A stretch of 53,413 bases of DNA, counting the filler, from Sphacelaria rigidula (Eukaryota): the NCBI GenBank assembly GCA_964200075.2. It is 3 parts of 3 records of this genome, joined end to end, with 100 filler letters (N's around TTAATTAATTAA, not from the genome) between each part and the next. Parts side by side here need not be neighbours in the genome. Positions count along the whole stretch, not along the records: positions 35,677 to 53,413 come from CAXNAA020001005.1; 2 more parts are not named here. One strand, given 5' to 3'. The notes below the pieces were generated by a model. The model was not told where the DNA came from. It was given only the letters and a program-made list of their open reading frames with translations, and made no database searches. Both the position numbers and the translations under genes were made by a program. Position 1 is the first letter of the stretch. Every line of letters starts with the position of its first letter. Below, piece by piece: positions 38,483 through 49,700 of this stretch.

Positions 38483-40709
38483 ATGAAGGGTCAAGCAGCT
38501 TTGGCTCTCGTGGCCGCGACCATGGGGTGCTTTTTAACGTGAGTTTGGAGAACTGACAACAAAGCTCACCCTGCACCACCTTGTCGGACTACGAGTGCTA
38601 TGCTGGAAAATATTGGTCACCCGTCTTGTACTACCCTCCACTCTAGTAATCCATTGATGAGTGTTGGTTGGTGCTTAGAACATGCCACGTGCCCCACGTC
38701 GAGACTGTACCCACGCAGCTTCTGCACGAATACGACTGCCCAACGAAATCTGTCACGACGGAACGACAGGGAGAGGGTGTTGGCACGCCGACAGAATCTT
38801 GAATCCTGCCTGCAGATCTGTCGCATTTTCCTTGGTCACCTGCGAAACCAGTTGGACTAACACGACTTTTTTTCACTTAACGCGCGTGTGGTGTCCTGCA
38901 TGTCTCTGTGATCCCCAGAGCTGAGGCTGCACTGGACGTCGGGGAGAGTCACGTCTGCGCCACAGTGGGATCGACCCCCAAGTGCTGGGGTGAGTTCGTC
39001 AACGTACAGATGTGCGGATTGTTTTCATTCCTTCGCAGGGTGGGATACAATCCCGCCCGAAAAGAACGGGAAGACGCTTCCGGTACATGAGCTCTGTCTC
39101 GTGATCGGAACGTTGATTTGTAGTGGAGACCCGTTTGCTGTTTTCGTGCGTTACGGTGGGAGCCACGCCCCAAGCGTGGGGGCAAGTTGGGGAACACTCG
39201 AATTTGCGGACTGGTTTCATTTCCCCTGTCTAATCCGGTACGAACCCCCGAAAGAGAGAAAATGTGTCAGTGGGGTAGCTGATGCCCGGGACGTTGGTTT
39301 CATGTAGACCCCCTGGCGGCTCCTTTCTAGCGTGACGCCGTGTACATCGGCGCAGCAGCCAAAGCATCGGAGCTTGTTGAGGCGAGACAACATCATAACA
39401 GCGAGAAGATGAGAAAGCTCCGTGGGTTCGTCGTGGAACTTGTGTCTGTAGACCAATCGAAAACATGAAATGTGCGAGACGCGTCCGCTGAAATGTTGAG
39501 CCGTGATAGCCGCTCCAATTTTTACTCGGCACGTGCAGAACAGTAACTCGTAGCGCAGAGGAAGAAGAGAAAAACACAGGGGCCTAGCGAACAGCGCACG
39601 AGTGCTGTATCTCCGTACTGCTGCGCAGTCGGACCACTTCTCTCGATTGTTTGACCATGTGAGGATGTCTATCTTTCCAATCGGGCTCATCTGCGCTTGA
39701 AAAAATCTGGTACTTGGTCAGCATACCTTCGAAGGGGTAATAACAAGGACCGTCCTCTGCATTTTGTCACAAACCAACAGCAGCAAAGTGCTACTGCCTG
39801 CCCTGTTCATGTGGTATCTCAAAGTGGAGGTCCCACCCATACCTGTCAATAGTATCTCGAACTAAAATTCTCCCTGTATTAAACAGCAAAAAAAATATCG
39901 GGAACGGCGTATCTGAGGTACCTCCGACAGTATGGATGGACTCCGGCTGCGTATCACAGCGCCCGTAACGTGCGGCTCGGGGTTTCTTTTTTCCCCTGAC
40001 AACTATGAAATGATCTACATCCGGCACGAGTACAACGACATGCAAAGACTTGATTTGTTATTTCGGGCTGATGATCATTTCTGAAACGGAAGGGGTTATT
40101 GTGTCTGCAGTTACGTTGTTTCCTTCACAAACAGCTTTTCCGGCGATTTTGGCATCCTGAGACGATTCTCGCTTGAAACCGGTTTTTGGTGGAGTTTCTG
40201 GTTTTTGCCATGCCAGGAATATTTTCCACCCGGCACAACTGAGAATCATCGAGTTGATGGTTGTCTAGTTGAGTGATCTTGAAACTCTTGTCTTCACTTG
40301 GTTGCACGGGTTTCACTTCATCGTTCACACGCAACTAGTTTTACATTGCTTCCACCCTGGAATCTTGATCGTGTAATTTGATTTTGGTGGAGCACATGGC
40401 TAGCCAGTCGCCGCGATGGCTCAATTGGTAACCTCGAATCCTCCTAACGGTTGGGCCGTGGGTTCGAATCTAGGAGCGATCTGAGATTTTTTCTCACACC
40501 ATGCCCACAGTAGAAAGCGACTACATCGTGGGTACCCAAAAATTGACCCGATGGTTGACGCACTGGATCCCTCTCGCGATTGGAAAAAAAAACGGGCACC
40601 GCAAAAAAAAGTTGGGACTTCAAAAAACTCCCTTCCTGTGACCCCGGCTGGTGCGCCCATATATACCGGGAGGTAGATCGGCGTCCAGAATAGATGGGAC
40701 ATCAACACC

Positions 40710-40778
<69 letters not shown>

Positions 40779-43700
40779 AATTTTTCTCATCCTCCACTTC
40801 TCTTGGGGCAACCAGTTGCGGACACATCAATGAATTTGTGTTGTTGGCTTCATATTGAAGGATCGTTCCGATGTCTGCGCGGTTCATCCGTACGGGGCAT
40901 CTGAGGCGGACGCTCTCCGTGGTCACAGACTAGCTACCGCTGATGAAATATGAAGAGATCAAACAGCACAACAGATCAAAACTAGACCCATAAAAGACCC
41001 CACACGCGGGTTAAGCTGAACAGGATAACAGAACGAAATACCCAAGTACAGGCAACTTTTCAACGGGGTTTTTACTCGTTTCGCTCGATAACACCAACTG
41101 GCGCTGACTTGGGCACTGTGTTCCGAGGATGATCTGTTCATTGTCCCAAAATCTTCCGACGCTAGCAATTTCGAGTTGCATCGAAGAGTGGAACGCGAGG
41201 AAATGCCCAAAACACCCCTAAATACTCGAACCGCCCACTACTGTAGGAATATGAATGCCCCCCCTACAGATGATACCAGATAATAAAGCAACTCATTCAA
41301 GGCTATCATACAAATGCAAGAAAATTAGTAGGCCTCGGGCCGAATAATCTTGGCCGGATGTAGCTCACCCTTCATGCGACTCGCCAAACACACCACGGCG
41401 CTTCCCGCTTGGTGATTGAGCGCGAGCCTGGTCCGGCCAAAACCCGGCGTGCTCCGTCCCGGCATTGTAGGAATGCGAGTTCAATGGCCTGATGACTATG
41501 GCACGCATGATCATGAGAACCCCCCCTCCCCCCCCTGGAGCAGTAAATAGATGGAAAAACTGCCTCTGTGTTGGTGTAATTACTACAGGAGTCAGCGTCA
41601 GGAGTATGCAGAATCCGTAATTTCAAATTTTCTAAGATTTTCCAAAATCGTTTCGCTTGCCACCGCCTATCACAGTGACTCGTTCGATGCCAAAAAATGG
41701 GCATCTCAAGATATTTTGATCCTCTCGATATATATTGGAAAAAAAAGAATCTGCGATCAACATGGAGTGACTTCCGGGCTTGACGAACCTTCGGGGGTCC
41801 TACGAAAGTGCTTCCCCGGGTTCTAGCTTTTCTGCACTTTCGGCGGACCGACTCGATCCCGATCATACAAGTGTAGACTAGAAAAAAAAGACTTTTTTGA
41901 AATTCCCCCTTTTCACTGCGCTAACACCGGAAAACTGTATTTCTCGAACCATTCAAGGTCAACATCACCCCCTGACGAATGGGGGGGGTGTACTCCGTAT
42001 CGCCCCCACAACATCAACCTGGGCATTGTGATTCGAGCACGGTCTGCTAATTTTGCCAAAACTATCGACGCTAGCACTTTCGAGTTCTCATGAAAAACAT
42101 GATGCGTTGAACCCCCGAAAAGAGGCAATCCGCAGAAAATAGACTGAGGTCTGTCCAGTATGGGGAGGAAACACAGTGTCGATCGTTATTGTGAAGAATT
42201 GAATACGTATGTACATATCTGAATATTCACCTCTTCGTTGCGGAAGAGCCTGAGACCTTTTTTTTATTGGACCAAAAACGGTCAGTAACACCCTCCTAAT
42301 AAACAGGGTATCTAGTCCGTATCGCCCCCAAAACACCGACTTGGGCACTGCAGTAGAGCGCGGTCTATGTCTTCCCCCTAAATCTACCGGCCCTGGCACT
42401 TTCAAGTGGTGATGGAAAAAAGTACTAACGAAAAGCTCCAAAACTGTAATCTGATGCTGACTACAGTAAAAAAAACAATCGTTCGATCGAAAACATGCGG
42501 TCGGAAGGCACGAAGCGACATTTGACTCGTGTCTTACAGACCAACACGCCGAAAAACACCTAGTCACAGGATCATGCGAACTCCACCCAACTCATTCTCG
42601 GCTACCACCGCAACCCGCATCATTGAGCACGAGTTGACCATGGGGATGAAAACACTGCAGTAGTCGGGTGTGCGTTGTTGATTTTTTGTCGGTGAAAACT
42701 CGCACATCCTCCCTCATGGTGGGGATCAGCGACGGAACGGCGTGGTACGGTGGGCAACCGAGTTGCGTGCACGCTCATGGGCAATGCTGGCAGTACAAAG
42801 CTGCACGTTGCTGAAGTCCTTTTCACATCGCACTGTAAGCAGAGAGAAATGTCGGTCCTAGACTGTCTGCAATGCACGTCACCTGCCTTCTTATATCTTC
42901 CTGCACGAAACACACACACGCACTCAAACACACCCTGCTTGACTGTATTGTACACGATTGACCATGTGCCGTTTCACGCTTTTCACTGAATTTTTTGGAT
43001 CGAGAGCTTGGAAATCTATCTGCGCACAACTGCATCAAAACAAGAAATTTTCGCTCAGATCGATTCCGCTGCCCCGTTTTTTTGATCGAAAAGAAAGATG
43101 CTAATGACAGGCCCCAACAACTCGTTATCCGACGTGTGGAATTTCCACTCGGCACCAATTAGGCCCTGTTCCTGGCTTGGAATTTTCCGCGGGGAACTTT
43201 CACATGATTGACTTCTGGAGCGCTCTGGCTGCACGGCGCACAGACACCCTTCCCCCCTCCCCCCCCGCTTGGAAGCCACCCCTCCCCAAGAACCCTCGAA
43301 AACCGTGCATATGTCTGGACTGGCATCCTGTGAAACTGTTCCGAAGCGATGCTCGCTGTCTGAGGGTTGAAATACCTTTTTTCGTCTGCAATGAGTACAG
43401 CCTGACCTCGTTTCATCCCATGTGAAAAAGTCTCGATCCCAGACTAGAATCGCCTTGACATGGGGCGCTGGATACCGCTGAAATCTATTTCAGCTTACTC
43501 TGGTCTCGCGTACACTCCACTCCTCGGTATATACAGCGCCTTCTTGGATCTCAATATAACCAGGTCTTGCATTTTCGCCAAGGAAGGGTAATTGTAAAAT
43601 TTTTAATCTCCCTGCCTGATCCCACTCTCTCGCCTTACCGCAGGAGCTAACCAGTGGGGCCAGCTTGGCAGAGGAGACACGGAGGACACGGGTGACGAGG

Positions 43701-46700
43701 CAGATGAAATGGGGGACAGCCTGATTGTCGTCGACATGGGAACTGGGGAAACTGTTTCTGATTTTGCCCTGGGTGGAGAGTTCACCTGCGCCATTCTCGA
43801 CTCCGGCTCGATAAAGGTGCAGGCAACTTTTTGTGAAAAGGGGGGGGACATGCTTCGTAGAGGAACATCCCTCTGTTCACACGTGGTATGCCTACGAACT
43901 ACGCTGACCCATCTCACACGATACTCCTGTCTTGTAGACATGTGATACCTTTGAAAACACGACCACCCTTTGGCACGTCCGCTTCGCTTCATGTGTGCGG
44001 AAACTATATGGGTAGCCTTTGAACTGCCCCCCTTCCCCCTTCCCCCTTCCCCCTCCCGCCCGAAAAAAAATAGTGCTTCGGATATAACACCGAAGGGCAG
44101 CTGGGCCAAGGCAACACCTCTAACGTCGGTGATGAGGCCGATGAGATGGGTGACGCTCTCTTGGTCGTAGACTTGGGTACGGGCGTGACGGTGACGGAGG
44201 TCACGACGGGTTGTCAGCACTCGTGCGCCCTCATCGATGACGGAGACGTGAAGTGCTTCGGGTACAACAATTACGGACAATTGGGACAGGTACGCTAATG
44301 GCCCATTTGTTTTCACTTCTGTGTAATACTGTCGCGCCGTTCATTTTTAATAGAAGCTGCTGTTGTATGATATCCTGACCGCTGGTGGTATTTATTAGAG
44401 AGATTGATGCGAAAACGTGTTGGTTGTACCCTCACCGTGTGGGGTAAGACCTTCACTCGGTGTAATTCAACCTAACTGTTTCACCCCGCGTTTTCCCCAC
44501 AGTAATTTTCATCGGAAATGCTGATGACCTGATACGCCCTGTGCTGTTGTCAGAAACGCCTCACGATAATAGCCTACCCTCTCGTATCAAAATCAATATC
44601 GAAAGGCAATGCGCTCAGTCTCACAGCGACGCTGATGTATGCCACCGTTCAATAGTTTTCTTCATTATGGCATCGCAGGGCACGACGGACAACATCGGGG
44701 ACGATGCGGGCGAGATGGGCGATGACCTTGCAGTCGTGGACCTGGGGGACTTGAGCGCTACGTCCATCGCCGCTGGGTGCGACTTCACCTGTGCCATCGT
44801 CGACGACGGATCTGTCATGTGCTGGTAAGGAGAGTGTACTGCCGCGTTGGTATGGTCGTGTACCTCACTGTGCCTGAGGAGTTGTTGACGCTCCTGGTCG
44901 AGATTTGTCTTCCTGTTATAGCGCTCGTTTCCTCATTCAACACAACCTGTAGTTCACTCCTACCTTGAGGCGGACAGACTTGAACAACTTCGATTCCTGA
45001 ACAAGTTGGCTTCCAAAAGCTAGGCTTCTGCTCAACATGCTTCTGCCCAACATGCAATCACAATTTCCCAAGAATCGTTCTTGGAACTATTGAGGGGTCT
45101 AACGCATACAACCCGTGCTAGCATGATGAGTATAACCCTAGCTTCAAATCATGTAGGAGTCTCTCACGGACACCAACTTCGTGTTGCTTTTTTTTATGAT
45201 TCAAACACATTCTGGCAGGGGTCGTAACACGTGGGGACAGCTCGGCACGGGTGATGACCAGGACGTGCTGGACGAAGCAGGTGAATCCGTTGTCGCCGTA
45301 GACCTCGACGGCTCGTCTGCGTCAGCCATCGCCGCCGGCGAAGGTCACGTGTGCGCTCTGCTGGACGACTCTTCCGTCAAGGTGAGCAAACGCGACAGCA
45401 GCGTGGCCTACCTTATGTTGACGGTACGACACCGGCGGGTGACAACTTCGAGAACCCGAATGATCATGCGGGTTGCGCGTTGCAACGTGTGTTCCGCGTA
45501 CCGGTACTGGGCGTTCGACATGCGATTTGTACATGTGATCCAATGCAATGGCTGCTTTGAAATGAGGCGCCCAAATATCTTGGCGCTACCCGACAGAAGC
45601 GGCTTTACGTTTTCCCACTCTCTTCATGATCTCATGTTCACTTGCCCCTTCCCATGCTGTGGCTCGAGTGACACGTTTGTACCTGGTTGCGAGCAGGAGA
45701 GCGGAGCACTAGATCATCCACGTGCATCAACAAAAGCAGAGCATCGAAAAAAACCTTCCCCCTCACCTATTGAACAAACTAGGGAGTTTCTCGGGAACAG
45801 GTTTCACTGAGGATGTTCTGAACGTCCGACTCGTGAGGACGATACTATGTTGACGCGGGGGATCTAGTAACGATCGACCTCTCATGACGATGACCACGAC
45901 GCTACAGCCGAGTAAGAAGTACCTGCCTTACAGGACAACGCCTTCGAGGACAAATTTACCGTTCATTCACAACACCCCCAAAATCGTGCACGGCAAGTAT
46001 GTTGAAATCTCCCGTGGTGGTTTTCGAGTCGACCTCTCCCGTCCGGCGTCGAGTCAGTCGAGACAACAGTGCCTCCCCCCCACTCCCCCCTCACCTTCCT
46101 GGTGTATTTCAGTGCTGGGGACGCAACAATAACGGGCAACTTGGCCAGGGTGACAACGTGGACAGAGGCGACACCGCCGATTCCCTGGGCGCCAACCTTG
46201 CCGCGATCGAGTTTGGTGACTCCGACGTCCCCACTGCCATTGACTGCGGATCGTTCTTCACGTGTGCCCTTATGGACGACAGCTCAATCAAGGTGAATTA
46301 TGCGATGTCAAGCAGGCGCCGCGGTCTTTCCTGTGATCATGGCCCATCATGACCAATTTGTTGTCACTTTTTGGTATGTAGCGGACGGCATATTTCCCCC
46401 CACCCAATCCGACCAAAATGCCTTTCGGGCAAGGCGTCTGGTTCAGTCAAAGCATGACCCGCGATCACGAGAGAAAGTTGAATTCATCGTGCCTCCCGTT
46501 TGAGGAGATGTTGCGATCTTCTTCTTGAGAGAGTATTTTTTCTTCTGTACGGAAGTGACCGGAGCATTGATACCTCCTCCTATGGGGTATGATATGCACT
46601 AGTGTTGCGTTGAAAAGACATTTTTCTCGGAACAGGAATTGACCACTCTTTCCTCTAGCGTGCACTCCTGCAGCGCGCAGTACCAGATATAGCGACGTGA

Positions 46701-49700
46701 AACTGTTGAATGTGGTTCGCACAACACTTGTTCGAAGTTTCGGCGCCTCGCGACGGCTACATCGCGCGCAGGGCCGTACGTCGCGAACTACACAGCTGTA
46801 CAGACTGTATGCTGATCGGTACACTATAGATGATCACGATACATAAAGGGTAGCAGTACAGACCGGCGTCAGTTTTTCGCCAGAGAGCCGCCCAGCCGCG
46901 CTAAATGTCCAACTTTGTTCTGTGGGTGCACATACGGGTTCACCTGTAGTGCGCAAAGTTTAGACAGCTGCATGGCCGATTTGAGAGCGCACGGACGGCA
47001 TTTTTCACAATCGGTTGGGGCCATGTTGTATGATGTTCCCGTGCCCAATCGCGCGGATGCTTCGGACATATGCCGCCTGTCTTGTGTCAGCTAGTGTGCA
47101 AAGTTTCATGATGGAACACGCAATCGCAGGCAGGAAATCCACAACCCAAGTTGCGCTGAAAAATAGTCATTTACCGTAGGAAAGTATTCAAATGAACATG
47201 AGACGCGGTTACGCCCTGATGCCGCCGCGTATCATATGCGGTCATATGCGGCCGTGTAGTTTAACGGTACGGGTATACCGTCTGTAGACCGTACATTGAA
47301 TCAGCGTAGTATCCTACACTTCGTTTAGTGGTCATGACGGAGTTTTCAAATTCCGAACCCATCAGCTGCGCCACCAGACATGCATGCAATCGATTGTCAA
47401 GTTTTTCAGTGCCCCCAAAGCAAATGAGATGCTTTTTTTCAAGGGGATTGTACACTCCACATACTACGCCCTGGGCGCGGTGGTGCGCTGGAACACCAAG
47501 CGTGGTCGCCACCTATCGTCGTACAATGAGACCCGCAAGGCACCCGCACCGAGCATAACCATGCAAACCACCGGACGCGGGATATCGTCACGTTCTCGGC
47601 CTGCAACTTGTGCCGACGATGCAGCGTTGAACATAGCTCTTCATATATGCCGTGTGTTAGGCTAAAGGTCCCTCTGGGGCACCTTGCTCGTGTAAATTAC
47701 ACCTACTTGACGGATGATCCAAGCTAGGACAATCACTCGAATGAACTACACCTACTTTGCGGATGATCCGAGCTGGTAATTTATACAGCGATTCTTGTAT
47801 GCGAGACTCGGCGTACATTTGACTTTTTTCTCCTCTTGGCGCAACACTGGCAAGTCATCAACAATACAGACGAATCATTTTCTCATGGCATCTTCCGTCT
47901 TCCCCTCTTGACCTCGCCCAACCCGTCGATTGCAGTGCTTCGGCGATAACGGGGACGGCCAACTGGGTATCGGAAGTGATGTGTCGGAGGTCGGTACTCT
48001 CCCCACTGACATGGGCGCTAATCTCACGGCCGTCGATCTCGGGGGCAGCGCCAGCGAGATTGCCGTGGGAGGGTCGTCCATGTGCGCCGTACTCGATGAC
48101 GAATCTGTCAAGTGCTGGTGAGGACTTTGTTTTCATTTTTTTCACATCTTGTGTCGCGTCCTGTGTTGGTAACAAGAAGTACTGTGTGTGTTCTCGTCCC
48201 GTCGCATCTCGTGTGGATGGTGTTCTACACCTTTCGGTGTGTGTGGGCGCACCAGCCGGGGTCACAGGAGGAAATTCAAGACACAAGTTTTTTCCCCTCT
48301 CGTTTGTTGTCAGTTCCCCTCTCTTCTTCAGCGGTGTCTGCCTTTATTTTTCATCGCGAGAGTGGTGTAGTCTCTTTCCCTCGTCGATTATAAGGTCGAG
48401 TTTTGTGTATCCACGACACGGATGGTGTTGACTGTTGAGCAGTGTGCAAAAAAAAATCCCAGATCGCTCCGACATTCGAACCCATAACCCAACCGTCAGA
48501 AGGTCTTGAGGTCACGAATTGAGTCGCCGGGGCGACCGGCCACATTCTGGAACATTTGACGAATGCGTCTACTGCCATACACATGGTCCATATTGTGTGC
48601 GGTACATTTAGGCTGTTTTATCTGTTGTCCAGGGTGTAAGGTGGTAATTTCAAGGTCCCGCTCACAGGCCACTTGATTAATTTCTCTATGGAGCTAGAGT
48701 ATGTACCGAACAAGATGCACTTCATTCGAAAGCTACGGATCAGGGCTTTCGAGTAAACCTACTTTTAGGTTTCACAGACATGGTGACAAGTTATGTCGAA
48801 TACACCGTTTCGCCACAAGAGCGGGGGAACTAGTATATCTCGATTTGCCGGGCCCTCACCACCTTTGTGGAAGAATACATATGTATATATATATATATAT
48901 ATATTGAATACATATATATATATATATGTACATAGAGCCGGTCGCCCCGGTGGCTCAGTTGGTAACCTCGAAACTCAAAACCTTCTGATGGTTTTAGTTG
49001 GGGGGTGCGATTCCCGTAGCGATCTGGGATCTTTTCTCACACCATGCCCAACAGTGGAGAGCGACTATGTCGTGGGTACACAACATTCGACTTTACGGTC
49101 GACGAGGGAAAGGGATCGCTGGACTCCTCTCGCGATAAAATAGAAAAGCAAGCACCGCAAGAGGAAGGTGGGGTATAAAAAACAAACAAGGAAGAATAAG
49201 CTCCTGTGTTGACCTCCCTCCTGTGAATCCCGGCTGATGCACCCACATACACCGAAAGGTGCAGACTGGTGCCCAGAATAAATGGGACGACAACACACAC
49301 ACATATAAATACATACATATATATATATTGGAATTCTCGCATAAAAATGGTTGTAGATAACCTGGTTCTGGAACCGGGTATGCCCGGCTCTAGGTCGAAA
49401 TTAATCAAGAAGCAAAACACATATCCAGAGTAAATATATGGTGAAGAAGTTGCGAAAGGGCCAATTTTCCTTTCAATTTCTTGTGCCACGCACTTCTACC
49501 CCCCGTGTCTCCATAATGAGCGCCAGAATGTTGGAGGTGTCTCTATTGGGAGCAGGAACGGTGCTCCGTCTCGAAAGGGGTGCGTGGTCAGTGGTCAAAC
49601 GACTAAGGCAAGCAACAAATGAGTCTCCATGTTCATCCACACTCACACGTGCACTCGATAACCGCGTGCGCAGGGGCCGAGGAAGGTCAGGACAGCTCGG

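Noticed and set aside
40403-40480. SINE heads as functional tRNA genes
   Set aside because: The acceptor and D stems do not close, the copies are mutually diverged, and each is fused to the same 280-nt body and CA tail.
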